Source of the DNA: Vicugna vicugna
Taxonomy: Eukaryota
Length of the DNA stretch: 64,000 bases
Direction of reading: 5' to 3'
NCBI GenBank assembly: GCA_013265495.1
Contig: MU058423.1
Span: 9,347,627-9,411,626 of the forward strand
Below the pieces are notes generated by a model that saw only the letters and a list, made by a program, of their open reading frames with translations, had not been told where the DNA came from and made no database searches. Shown piece by piece: positions 38,638 to 51,392 of this stretch. A program made the translations under genes and the position numbers. Every line of letters starts with the position of its first letter. The stretch's first letter is position 1.

Positions 38638-39985
38638 TGCATGTAAATCAATGAAGTTAGAACAATCCCTTACACCATACATAGAAATAAACTCAAAATG
38701 ACTTAAAGACTTAAATATAAGACAAAACAGTATAGAAGGAAGAACTTAGAAAAAAACATAGGCAAAACTTTTTCTGACATAAATCTTAGCAGTATTCTCC
38801 TAGAGCAGTCTACCTAGGCAATAGAAATAAAAGCAAAAATAAACAAAATGGGACCTAATTAAACTTATAAGCTTTTTTTGCACAGCGAAGGAAACCATAA
38901 GCAAAATGAAAAGACAATCTATGCAGTGGGAGAAAATACTTGCAAATAATGCTACTAACAAGGGCTTAATTTCCAGAATATATAAACACCTCATGTAACT
39001 CAATAACAATAACAAAAAAGCCAATCCAAAAATGGGCAGAAGACCTAAACAAGCAACTCTCCAGTGAAGACATACAAATGGCCAATAGGCACATGAAAAA
39101 ATGCTCAATATCACTAATTATCAGAGAAATGCAAACCAAAATTACAATGACATATCACCTCACACCAGTCAGAATGGCCATCATTAAAAAGTCCACAAAT
39201 GACAAATGCTAGAGATAGCGTGGAGAAAAGGGAACCCTCCTACATTGCTGGTGGGAATGTAGTTTGGTACAGCCATTATGGAAAACAGTATAGAGATTCT
39301 TCAAAAAACTAAAAATAAACTTAACCATATGATCTAGTAATCCCACTCCTGGGCATATAACTGGAGGAAGCTCTAATTTGAAACGATACACACACCCCAA
39401 TATTCATAGCAGCACTATTTACAATAGCCAAGACATGGAAACAACCTAAATGTCCATCGACAGATGACTGGATAAAGAAGTTGTAGTATATTTATACAAT
39501 GGAATACTACTCAGCCATAAAAAGAATAAAATAATGCCATTTGCAGCAACATGGATGGACCTGGAAAGCATCATTCTAAGTGAAGTAAGCCAGAATGAGA
39601 AAACAAAATACCATATGATAGCACTCATATGTAGAATCTTAAAAAAAAAAAAAGACATAAATGAACTTACTTACAGAACAGAAACAGACTCACAGACATA
39701 GAAAACGAACTTATGGTTACCAGGGGGGAAATGGGATGGGAAGGGATAAATTGGGAGTTTGACATTTGCATATATTAACTACTATATATAAAGTAGATAA
39801 ACAGTAAGTTTATACTGTACAGCACATGGAACTATATTCAATATCTTGTAGTAACCTATAATGAAAAAGATACAAAAACGAATATATGTATGTATACGTA
39901 TGACTGAAACATTGTGCTGTACACCAGAAATTGACACAATGTTGTAAACTGACTATACTTCAATTAAAAAAAAAAGAAAAAAAAA
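38638..39985 (+). mobile_element. 5'-truncated L1 in an FRRS1 intron (sense)
   Basis: ORF2 end, 3' UTR and polyA tail; perfect 13-bp TSD gaaaagtagtcca (38625-38637, 39986-39998). Confidence 0.92.
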
Positions 39986-40592
39986 GAAAAGTAGTCCAGC
40001 TTATTCCTTTATATTCCGCAGAGTTTCAACACATGTCTTCATTGCAGTTAAGCTAGAAGGTATCTTTATTGCTGTTATTTTGCTTCTACTAGTAGCTCTA
40101 GCTTGACAGTAATTGGATTCAGAAATAATGTGCTATTTGTTTTCCATTATTTTTTGGAGTGAGATGTGAGAAGATTCTGAGATAACTGCAGGCAGGCTGT
40201 ATTAGTATAATGATTAAGAGCACAATTGTTCAAGCCAGACTGGGTTCGAATTCCAACCTTGTAACTTGGGGAAGTTACTTAACTTCTCTATGCTTTCCTT
40301 CCCCATCCAGCAAAAAATAGAATAATCATTGTAACTACTTTATAGGATTGTTGTCAAGATCAGTTAGATTAATTCATGTAAAGCACTTAGCGCCTGGCAT
40401 AATAGAAGAGCTTTGGAAGTGTTACCTATTAGAAGTAGCAGTGGTGGTGGGAAAAGCATTGAGATTTAGGTTGCACTTATGTCAGCTGAATGCATTTTGT
40501 TGGCTATTTACATTTTCTAAGCATTTGGCCTGATCATTTAAGAAACAGCTTAATTAGATTGTGTTGTCAACCATCACATTTTCTCCCTGCAG

Positions 40593-40705
40593 GTGCCTTA
40601 ATGTTTGTGGCGTGGATGACGACCGTTAGCATAGGTGTCCTGATTGCACGGTTCTTTAAACCTGTTTGGTCAAAGGCTTTATTTGGTGATGCAGCTTGGT
40701 TTCAG
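40593..40705 (+). CDS. FRRS1: FRRS1 coding exon 9 (cytochrome b561 TM)
   Basis: ctgcag| (G)ALMFVAWMTTVSIGVLIARFFKPVWSKALFGDAAWFQ |gtacgt; 113 nt. Confidence 0.96.
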
Positions 40706-42287
40706 GTACGTGGAGAAAAGGTTTATTGCAATTTCCACATTACTTGAACGTTGCAACATGAAAACGTATGATGTATGGGGATTTTTTTTTGTGTGTGTGG
40801 TTATAGTAATTTTGGAATCCTCATAATCCTTTCTTTTTGCCCTTTGGTTTCTTATCCAACTGAGCATGGACACAAAATGCTTAATGGAGATGAAAATAAA
40901 GACAGCTTTATGAAAGGTCAGGCTGGATTGGAGAATGTATCAGGGCTATGTGTGTCCCTTTGTTACATGGACCTTGGGACCCAAATGATCCTGAGTTACA
41001 TGTCTAGTTGCAGGAGAGACTAGAAGAGTGAATACACCCACTACACTGAGTACAGATGGGCCAAGGAAGGCAGTAGAGCAGAAGAAAGAAAGAGTGGGAG
41101 CTTGCTACATTGCAAAGCAGCTCAGCGTGTCCTCTAGTTAATGGGCCAGTGAATGTTGGACCATCCCTGGCTCACCAGTCAGGATCGTGTACGTCCTGTG
41201 TGGGTGGGAAGAGAAACTAAAAGTGTTCCTTTTCATGCTGTTCCTTCCCATGGGATGAGCAGGCAGTGTTTTAATAGAAACATGAGCAAGAGCCAGTAAA
41301 TACCCCTCAAAACAAAGCAAAACAAGCCTTATCTTTCATTTGTCATATAGATATTTGCAAATATAGTAGAAGATCAGTGAATACGTGTTGAGATAGAAAG
41401 TGTGTGTCTGCTTGTAGGAAGCAGTACTGCTTTCCTGGAACAGTTTTATTTACTTTTAAATTTGTTTCTCTTTACATTTTCTAGGTGGCTTTATTTACTT
41501 TTTTTGTCTTTTAGCTTTTTTTTGCTGAGGGATAGGTATTGTCTGGCAAGGTCAGACCACATGCCTTGCTCCTGTCTGTGTCTGCCTCTGACTGCTTGCT
41601 CTCTCTCATCTTCTCACGTGGATAGTCCCAACTGGAAAACTCTTCACGTCTTCTCTTTACCAATTCAAATCCTCTGCTGTCTTTAAAATTATGATGTCTG
41701 TATATATAGGGTGACTACATGTCCTACTTTCTGATGGCATGTACACATATATGGTGATTATATGTCCTTCTTCCCCTGGCGTAGTGTTAGTTTGCCCCAG
41801 TCATCCTGGTGTAATCAGCTAACTGCCCACGGTCACTCTCAGTATTGTCCTCATTTGGACAATGAACTGTACATTTCGAATGTATTTCTCTTATCTGCTC
41901 AATTAATTCCCAAGCTCCTCAGGAAACGAGTACTTTCTGTTTCCTTGCAGTCTAATTGTATCCAGGCACTGTGCTTGGTGGTAGAAGTTAATAAATACCT
42001 TTGGAAGAGAATGATGGACTTGGCTTTGTGTATGAAATATCCATTCCTGCTGCTCTGTGCAGGTGAAGTCTGGGCAGATGCTTTTGAGTGACGAGGTTGG
42101 CGGCCTAGGCTTTTCTTTAAAGCTCAGTGGTATAGTAAGATTTTTTTTTAACTGACCACAAATCGTGGTTAGACGTCAATCGAATGCATGCCTTCACTGA
42201 ATCTCATCCCACGATCTTCCTAGTGATGCCAACTCCTTTCTCTTAGGTCGTTAACTCTGTTCTCATTTTGTCATTTCACCCTTGCAG

Positions 42288-42374
42288 GTGCATCGAATTC
42301 TCATGCTCACTACTTCTGCCCTCACCTTCATTGCTTTTCTTCTACCTTTCATTTACAGAAGAGGCTGGAATTGG
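42288..42374 (+). CDS. FRRS1: FRRS1 coding exon 10
   Basis: ttgcag| VHRILMLTTSALTFIAFLLPFIYRRGWNW |gtaagc; 87 nt. Confidence 0.96.
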
Positions 42375-42874
42375 GTAAGCAGATCTTAAACAGAGTGTTC
42401 TAATTCTATTTGTATGTTTTAAATTTATTTTGATGTCAAAGGGGTTCACTGTTTTATTCTCAAATGATGGGTACAAAGATATTTCTGCACGTACCCCTCT
42501 TTCTTTCCTCTTTGAATGAATCATCTGGTGACTGATTTCACATGGTTGGGGGTCAGGGACGGAGTGAGAATGTCAGTGAAGATTATTTGCTAGTAAAGTG
42601 TATTTTTAGGTTGCCTCAGATGTTATGAATACACTATAGCTTTAGTGAGTTTTCTCACTGGAGTGGTGAAAATTGGAAGCACCATATCTAAGAAACACGA
42701 ACACTGTAAGTGGTTTTCTCTAACTAATGCTATGATTATCACTAAGCTACATTAGTTGCATTCTTAATGTGAGCAGCTGTGCTAAGTGCCTTACATGTGT
42801 TATCAAATTTAAGCCTCAAATGAAGTAGTTACTGATAATAACCTCATGTCACAGATGAAGAAACAGAGGCTTCT

Positions 42875-43820
42875 TCTCCAGTGTGTATCTCCAGCTTAAG
42901 CATCTCCCCTGGCTTGAGACTCGCACATCCAGCTGTCTACTCAGGACCTCAACTTGCATGTTTAAGACATCTCAAACCTAATGTGTCCAGAATGGAGTTC
43001 CTGACCTTTCTTCCCAGTCCTGCTCTGTCTGCTGCCGCCCCCATATTAGTTGTTGGCTGTTCCCTTCTTAGGCCAAAACTTTGGAATTACTCTGAATTCT
43101 GCTCTCTTGCACACCGTATATCAAATCCGTCGGGAAATCCCATTGCCTCTGCATGTCGAACACACTTCTCACCATCACTGATGCTGCTATGTGGGTTTGA
43201 GCCACAGTCATCTTTTGCCTGGACTATTGCAGTAGACACCTGATTGGTCTCTCTGCTTCAACCCTTGCCCATGCACACTCTGCTTTCAACCAAGAAGCAG
43301 AGTGATTTAAAAAATATATATATAAATCAGATCATGCCATTCCTGTGTCCCAAACCGGCTTCTCTAATGTCTCTCAATTTTACTCAAAGTTAAAGTCAAA
43401 ATCCTGCATGATTGGCTCCCAGGTACCCTCTGCCTGATCTCCTCCCCCTCCCCTTGTCCCACAGCTCATCTCATTCCTCACTGGCCTGATGCTAGACGTG
43501 CTGCCGCTGCTGAGCCTAGCAGAGATTCTTCCTTCTCCTTGCTCGTGCTCCGTCTACTCGCCCCCTTCTTCAAGTCTTTGCTCAGATGAAAGCTTCTCGG
43601 AGAGCCCCTTCCCGCTGCTTTTCCCTAAAGCACTCTATCTGACGCTATTTCGTGTAATTTACTTACGTGTTATGTTGTTTCTCTGTCTGCCTTCCCACAC
43701 TAGTAGGTGAGCTTTGTTGAGAGCCAAGCTATTTGCTGATACGTTGTTCACTGTTGTATCTCAAAGCACTCAGGACAGATTCTGGTACATAAGGTATAGG
43801 TGAATATTTATTAAATGATT
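42875..43820 (+). mobile_element. L2 3' portion (approximate)
   Basis: acatctcaaacctaatgtgtccagaatggagttcctga and an L2-type tail. Confidence 0.7.
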
Positions 43821-44181
43821 GAGTTAAGTGTTATCAAGAGTAAGAGATGGACCTGACCAAGGTCAGAGCCTGTGCTTTAATTATGCTCCTGCAGTTTTAC
43901 AGCCAGTCAGAATTCGTTATCAAAACTTAGTATTTCAGTTTATGCTGTTGCTGCAAGGCCTGACTTGGATGAATCCTAGGTCACAGATGTTCCTAGGAAA
44001 CCCCCACCCCCTGCTTTTTGGGTAGTTTATAGATTGGGCATCTCATTATTTTGGAAGGAAATTATGAGGATTTTCTGATATAGCTCAAGACTTTAAAACC
44101 TTATTTTATCCAGGTATTCAGGACAAGGGTAACACTTACTTCCTAAACTTTGTAGCTTGTAGCCTTTGCTGTTTATGAATA

Positions 44182-44430
44182 GGATAGTGTAACGGTTAAG
44201 CGCACAGTTCTACAACCAGGCTGCTTGTATTCAAACTCTGATGTCATCACTGATTACCTAGGATGCCTTGGGCAAGTTGTTTAACTTCTCTGTCCCTCAG
44301 TTTACTCATCTGCAAAATGGGCATAGTACGCTATCTATCTCATAGGCTTTGTAGGGGTTGAGAGCTAATGAACTGAAAGCACGTAGGACAGCTCCTAGCA
44401 CATTCTAAACACATCTAAGAATTTAGTTGC
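44182..44430 (+). mobile_element. MIR SINE (representative; others near 1065-1270, 12290-12480, 27560-27765, 36990-37200, 40197-40430)
   Basis: MIR core ccttgggcaagttgtttaacttctctgtccctcagtttactcatctgcaaaatggg. Confidence 0.8.
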
Positions 44431-45459
44431 TGCTGTTACTGTTTTTTATTAGAGGCATTTTTCCAACTCCATGGTCCAGGTTATAACGTATCTGAGTGTA
44501 ACTGAGTCCATGGTCTAAAAGTTTTATAGTGCTCTTTCGTCAGCTTTTAATTCCTGATTTGTGAAAGCTTCCTGTCTTGGCTTAGAAGCCACTATGTCCT
44601 TGTTCTAGATCCCCGGTTTTAGGGTCTACCCAAGCATGGGGGTCAGTGACGGCAGACTGTAATATCCCTCCATCTAAACATGTTGTGGGTTAGAGCATCT
44701 TTTTAGTCCTTGTCTTCAGTTTTTATGTGAAATAGTTCTGTAAGGTGGTCTAATCCAACTGTGTGCTGTTTTGAGCAGGTATACATCACTGAGAGAAGAG
44801 TGGAAACTGTTGAGATACGGTGTTGATGTTTTTTCTTAGCTTAGACCTTCATTCTGAACAGAGGAGATGTGATTTTAATACAGTGGTTGTGCAGCTTAGT
44901 CCCTTAATCAACAAACATTTATTGAGTGACTAAAGCTCTGTCAAGCACATGGGTTACAGGGAATCATACAGAACCTTTAGCTCAGGGAAACACAGAGGTC
45001 TGAGCAAATAATTACAATGCATTAGGTTGATTGCTCTTGACACGCAGATACTAGCTAGTCCCAGGTGGGCTCCAAAGGGTTGTTCTGAGGTTGGTGGTCA
45101 TCGAACATCCCTGTGGGGGATAGGCAGCCTTCTGTGCTTGGATTCCACCACAACCATTTACACACCATGTCGCCTCGGATGCATTACTTGATATCGCTGA
45201 GCCTCAGTTCCCCTGTTTGTACAAGTGGGATATTGATAACTAACTGGCAGGCATCACAGTGAGCATCAGTGATAATGTGTAGCAAGTATGTGCCTGGTGT
45301 AGACACTTGGTGAATGGTGCCTATTACTATCATTATCGTTATTAAATGTTTAAAGCACAGGAAAAATCCTACGAACACATCTGTGTGCATTATTTTTAGC
45401 TTGAGGGTTTAAATGGATGGGCGAGATTGAGACCATTAAAATGACGTAACTTTGTTCAG

Positions 45460-45557
45460 CATGCAGGCTATCACCCATACCTTGGTTGTATCGTGATGGT
45501 GTTAGCAGTTCTTCAGCTTCTCCTGGCAGCCTCCAGACCACCCCTGCATGACCCAAG
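45460..45557 (+). CDS. FRRS1: FRRS1 coding exon 11
   Basis: gttcag| HAGYHPYLGCIVMVLAVLQLLLAASRPPLHDP AG|gtactt; 98 nt. Confidence 0.96.
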
Positions 45558-45791
45558 GTACTTACAGTCTTCATTTATAAATGCTCATAATGCAGATGTC
45601 ACTAGTGGGCGGGCTAATTCCTTTTTTGCATTTTATAAAATATACATTATATTCACTTTAAAAGGTTCTAAAATGTATTTCAGATATATAATTCCTAGGC
45701 AGTGAGGGAAACTGCTTGCTTTTTATTCTCTTGGGAATTAATTGTAGTTCCATCGCTTTATAAGAATACTGACTGGTTCTTTATTTGGTAG

Positions 45792-45850
45792 AAGGCAAAT
45801 GTTTAACTGGACTCACTGGAGTATGGGAACAGCTGCTAGAATAATAGCAG
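45792..45850 (+). CDS. FRRS1: FRRS1 coding exon 12
   Basis: ggtag| (R)RQMFNWTHWSMGTAARIIA G|gtaagt; 59 nt. Confidence 0.95.
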
Positions 45851-46693
45851 GTAAGTAACTGCGATGCCACTTATTCATATATAATTGCTGGTTGTTTATA
45901 CTGCAGGTTGTAATTTGGCTTAAATGATTTGTAGATGCATTAGTAATTGGAGTAATTGGTTGTTGAGGAGAAATCAGCCTTAAACGTTGAAACCCAGAAG
46001 GCAATTTCTTGAGGTAACTATTTAAGCCATTATTTCAGTTTTAAGGTTTTTAAAAGGACTTCAAAACTCTCCTTTTAAGCCTCTTTTTTTAGCATTTGCC
46101 TTTGCTGGCAGAATAAACTATGCTGATGACCAAACATTTCAGCAGCTGAAATGGAGGGTCAGTTGTGGATTGGGCTGATGTGGCCGGGGATATGGGGGTC
46201 CCTGCCCTCTGTTTTCAGGTCCTTTCCATGGGGATGGTACTTTCCAGCGGAAGGACTTTTTCGAAAGTCAAGTGTGGTTATCCAGTATGTTTTGACGCTT
46301 TATATAATAAATACCCAAGCTGATACCTCCTGTCCTCACATGTCTAGTCTGTAGAAATTCACTGAAGGGGAGGTATAATCAGAAATGGTTTCTGTGCTTT
46401 TCTCCTTTCCTACACTGCAGACCTAAAACCTATTGAAAAGTTTGGGTGCCTCTTTTTTTAACAACTGGTAGATCATAACTACAATTTCCCATCTTAGCCT
46501 TTCTAGTCTTGCAGTAAAAAAAAGACTAACTATTTGGTCATAAATATTAATCTACTTTCTCTCACAAACTCTTTTAGTATGTTTTACTAGTATGTAACAC
46601 ACACACGTACATACACACACTGTTGCCTCTTGAATTACATTTGAATATATACATACATACATATATATATATATTTTTTTCTTACAAACATAG

Positions 46694-46837
46694 TGGCAGC
46701 AATGTTCCTGGGAATGGATTTACCAGGGCTGAATCTTCCTGGCCCGCAGAAAACCTCTGCAATGATTGGATTTGTAGCCTGGCACGTTGGGGCAGAGATT
46801 GTTCTGGAGATACATGCTTACCGGCTCTCTCGAAAAG
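46694..46837 (+). CDS. FRRS1: FRRS1 coding exon 13
   Basis: acatag| (V)AAMFLGMDLPGLNLPG...EIHAYRLSRK G|gtaacc; 144 nt. Confidence 0.96.
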
Positions 46838-48082
46838 GTAACCTGCTCCAAAAGCCATGTGATGTAGAATCACTGTTATACAAACGATTGGAATATAGTT
46901 AGTTCCTTGACACTAATGGTTGACTCTGACATGGTAGCTTACTAAAAATTTCCCCTGTGATTACTCGGTCAGTGGTAGAAATGGAAAATTTTCTGCCTTT
47001 GTTTTTTATATTCATTAGAATTTGTGAGTAAAATGTAAGGGAAAGATTTTAGTTTTAGGGAAGAAGCTTTCTTTATAAGTATTTTTCACTTTCCATGCTG
47101 GTCTGACTTGGAGCCAGCACGCGTGGAGAGCCCTGAATGCCTGGAGCTGAGAGACCCCTGAGAAGGAGGGAGAAGAGATGCCCACGGTCTACACAGGGCA
47201 GAGCTGCAGACCAGTTTCGGCAATTTGGCAGACTTACTGTGTGCTGTCACTGAGGTTGCCATGTACATCATGATTGCTGGCTAACCAGCGAGCGAGGTAG
47301 GAAGGACTTCATGCCAGAGCTCTCTAGCGGCAAGGTCTGTTTTGGTCCTAGTGCCAGACAAGGGTAACATGCTGGTAGCCAGTAGGAGTGGAGAGATTAG
47401 TAGAGAACCAGTGACATTTTAAACTAGCCTGAATTCTAGGCTGTGTCTTCTGTGTCCTATTTAGCTGCAGCACCCCCCAAGTGATGAGTAAAGGTGGCCT
47501 TCTAAAATCGAAACATGTTTGTTGTCTAGTGTGTATGTTGTGAATCTAGGAGGCTGGGCGGCTTTTAGGAATAGAGTAGTAAATGTCTGTCCTACCATTT
47601 TTGGTTCTTGATGGGGTCACATACATGGGGTTTGAATTTTTTTTTAATTGAAATATAGTTGATTTACAATGTTGTGTGGGATTTGAGTCTTAAAGGGGCT
47701 TTGATGACCACTAGATTATGGCTTGCCATTTAAAATACATATGAACTGACTATACTTTGATTAAAAAATATACATACAAAGAACTACATATGTACTTAAA
47801 ACTTGGATTGTTAAGACTTTGACTTGGCATTTATGTTGATGTGGTGATTTGGTTTGACTAGAAGAAGAGGGCATATTTTAAGTCCCCTGACAAATGTATG
47901 CGGTAGCCAGCTTGTCCTATTGTGAGAACCTTAAATATTCAAGAAGTTTGCAACATTTAATAGCTTGAAATGGGAGAATGTGCATCCTGGAAATTAGCAA
48001 ACACTAGAAATCAGGGCTTTTTTTGAGAGTTAATTTACCCTGCATGCCTACTGGCCTTACAGACTTATGTTGTTCTTGACAG

Positions 48083-48144
48083 ATGAAATATTGGATGATG
48101 ATAGAATTCAGATCCTCCAGTCATTTACTGTAGCTGAAGGAGAA
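48083..48144 (+). CDS. FRRS1: FRRS1 coding exon 14
   Basis: tgacag| (D)EILDDDRIQILQSFTVAEGE |gtaagt; 62 nt. Confidence 0.96.
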
Positions 48145-48236
48145 GTAAGTCTTTTTTTTTTGTTGTTATTATTATTTATTGACACAAACCTTAATGATCC
48201 TAGTTCCTTATTTTCATATCTCAATTTTTCTTTCAG

Positions 48237-48329
48237 GGTCATGCTTTTAAAAAGATAGTGTTAGCAATTTATGTCTGTGGGAATTTGACTTTTCTCATTA
48301 TATTCTTATCTGCAATCAACCGTCTGTGA
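48237..48329 (+). CDS. FRRS1: FRRS1 coding exon 15 (last TM helix and stop)
   Basis: tttcag| GHAFKKIVLAIYVCGNLTFLIIFLSAINRL TGA; 93 nt. Confidence 0.96.
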   Translation, partial: GHAFKKIVLAIYVCGNLTFLIIFLSAINRL

Positions 48330-48970
48330 GCGTGTGAAGACTTTGGCTTTTGCAGACCAGGTGATAATTATCATCAAGCCAAAAAACTCGATGCCTGTAC
48401 CAACTGCCTGGAGCATATTCATGAATTCTAATTAGGAAGACCAGGCCATGTCTATAGAGAAATTCTGAAGTCTGGTCTTTAAATGTCAGCGTTCAACAGA
48501 GCCTATGGGCTATAAACCGATGTCAAGCCTTTAGGTGTAATTCTGAGTCTTAAAGGGGAGGTTGTGCTTGAGGAGAAATAACTCAAATTTTTTTATGCTG
48601 AAATTTTAAGGATGTTAGCATTTAAGAAAAGAACTATTTGGAAAAGCAAAAAGATGTCATTAAGATAAAATGGGGGTTGTATTAATGTAAATGTGGTTTG
48701 GACTAGAAAGGTGCTATGGTACGTTAAAGAAAACATTTATTTTTACTAGTTTATTTAAATGGTCTCTCTTAGGGATTTTTGAGAAACTGTATTTTTCAGT
48801 CCGGTTTTTCAGACATGTGCTTTGTTCCGTGAATTTCGTTATTTCTCTGGTAAAGGTGGAAGTGGGGCTAACCCCCTTTCATTAACATTTATACATATTA
48901 TTAATATTATTATTTATTTCTTAGCAATGAAATGCAAGTATGCATCTTCTGATTGAACATCTTTGTATAT

Positions 48971-50723
48971 CCCATGCTCTTAGATTGGAAGAATTAATAT
49001 TGTTAAAGTGACCATACTACCCAAAGCAATCTACACGTTTAATGTGATCCCTATCAAATTACCCATGACATTTTTCACAGAACTAGAAGAAATAATCCTA
49101 AAATTTATATGGAAGCATAAAAGACCCTGAATTGTCAAAGCAATCTGGAGGAAAAAGAACAAAGCTGGAGGCATAACCCTTTCAGACTTCAGATAATACT
49201 ACGAGCTTACAGTAATCAAAAGAGTGTGGTATTGGCACAGAAATAGACATGTGGATCAATGGAATAAAACAGCCCAGAAATAAACCCACACACTTAGGGT
49301 TAATTCATCTTCGACAAAGGAGACAAGAATATGCAATGGAGAAAAGACAGTCTCTTCAGTAAGTCGTTCTGGGAAAGCTGGACAGCCGCATGTAAATCAG
49401 TGAAGTTAGAACACTCCTTCACACCATACACGAAAATAAACTCAAAATGGCTTAAAGACTTAAATATAAGATAAGACACTATAAAACTCTTAGAAGAGAA
49501 CATGGCAAAACATTCTCTGACATAAATCATAGCAATGTTTTCTTAAGTCAGTCTCCCAAAGCAATAGAAATAAAAGCAAAAATAAACAAATGGAACCTAA
49601 TCAAACTTAAAAGCTTTTGCATAGCAAAGAAAACCGTAAACAAAATGAAAAGACAACCTACAGACCAGGAGAAAATATTTGCATATGATGTGACCAACAA
49701 GGGCTTAATTTCCAAAATATACAAAGAACTCTTAAAACTCAATTACAAAAAACCAAATAACCCAATCAAAAAGTGGGCAGAAGACATAAATAGACATTTC
49801 TTCAAAGACATTCAGAAAGATGGCCTATAGGCACAAGAAAAGATGCTCAACATTGCTAATTATTGGAGAAATGCAAATCTAAACTACAAAGAGGTATCAC
49901 CTCATGCTGGTCAGAACAGCCATCACTAAAATGTCTACAAGTAATAAATGCTGGAGAGTGTGTGGAGAAAAGGGAACTCTCCTACACTGTTCATGGAAAT
50001 ATAAATTGGTACAGCCATTATGGGAAGCAGTACGGAGGTTCCTTAGAAAAGTTAAAATAGAGTTGCCATATGATCCAGCAATCCTACTCCTGGGCATATA
50101 TCTGGAGAAAATGCTAAATCAAAAAGATATATACACCCCGGTATTCATAGAAGTGCTACTTACAATAACCAAAACATGGAAGCAATGCAAATGTCCTTTG
50201 ACAGATGACTAGGTAAAGAAGATGTGGTATATATATATATATATATATATACAATGGAATATTACTCAGCCATAAAAAAGAATGAACTAATTCTATTTGC
50301 AGAAACCTGGATGGACCTAGAGATTATTTACTAAGTGAAGCAAGTCAGACAGATAGACAAATACCATATGACATAACTTATATGTGGAATCTAAAATATG
50401 ATACAAATGAACTTATTTACAAAACAGAAACAGATGCACAGACATAGAAAACAAACTTATGTTTACCAAAGGGGAAGGAGGAGGGGTGGGGGAAGGGATA
50501 AGTGAGGAGTTTGGGATTAGCAGATACAAACCACTATATATAAAATAGGTAAACAATAAGATCTTAGTATATAGCACAGGGAACTATATACAAAATCTTG
50601 TAATAAACTATAATGGAAAAGAATATGAAAAAGAATATATATATATATACGTAACTGAATCACTTTGTTGTATACCTGAAACTAACACAAAATTGTAAAT
50701 CAACTATACTTAAGTTTAAAAAA
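48971..50723 (+). mobile_element. 5'-truncated L1 directly 3' of the FRRS1 stop codon
   Basis: Decayed ORF2 C-terminus (ORFs 49645-49830 and 49904-50212) plus 3' UTR; degenerate TSD aacatctttgtatat / aaagtctttatatat. Confidence 0.9.
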
Positions 50724-50836
50724 AAAGTCTTTATATATTCAGCTACAAAGCTGAAATAGCATTTTATATGTTAATTATTTTGACTTTAAAATTTAAGTCC
50801 TAGCCTTTGGAGATTGCAAACTTGCATTTCAAAATT

Positions 50837-50895
50837 AATAAAATTCACTCTTGTGAACATATTTAAGAGTTATTCTCTTTCCTTGTGGTAATAAA
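50837..50895 (+). terminator. FRRS1: Candidate FRRS1 polyadenylation signals
   Basis: AATAAA at 50837-50842 and 50890-50895, with GT/T-rich sequence downstream. These are the first canonical hexamers I saw in non-L1 sequence after the stop codon. Confidence 0.4.
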
Positions 50896-51255
50896 ATAAT
50901 GTAGGTGGTTCTGTTTTGTTAGAAGTTCCTGATGCTGTAGTGAATTAGAATTATCAATTTTCCTTCCTATTTCAATAATTTTTCTTATTTTGACTGGGTC
51001 TCATGTTTGCTATGAGGACTTCTAGCCAGTAGGTGTCACCATAATACTACTTCTTTGTTTCTGTTTCCTTGTGCTGTGATTTCATTTTTAGTACTTAAAT
51101 ATATCTTGGGATGGCATTTCCCTTAAAATTTACTAACTCAATATTTATTTGAAACAATTCTGTCTTTCTTGTTTCTTGGAGGGGGTGGTAAGGTTGGGGT
51201 TATGAGTGAGAAACAGAAATTATGGACCAATGTTGTTATTTTCTGTTTGTTTTCT

Positions 51256-51392
51256 TTTCTTTTTTACATTTTTTATTGATTTATAATCATTTTAAAATGT
51301 GTCAAATTCCAGTGTAAAGCACAATTTTTCAGTTATATATGAACATATATATATTCATTGTCACATTTTTGTCTCTGTGAGCTACCATAAGA
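51256..51392 (-). mobile_element. Very short L1 3' insertion
   Basis: Near-identical to the 14999 element end; perfect 14-bp TSD tctgtttgttttct (51242-51255, 51393-51406). Confidence 0.88.

Larger units (their letters stand above)
11100..50920 (+). other. FRRS1: FRRS1 gene span (ferric chelate reductase 1 / SDR2); both ends approximate
   Basis: Fifteen GT-AG-flanked coding exons splice in consistent phase to 1779 nt (592 aa + stop). The protein begins MVVPGYTLGAFILLLHVKSVANYPNGRVTKSC and ends FLSAINRL, matching recalled mammalian FRRS1. Adjacency to PALMD matches known synteny. The 5' and 3' limits are inferred. Confidence 0.9.
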
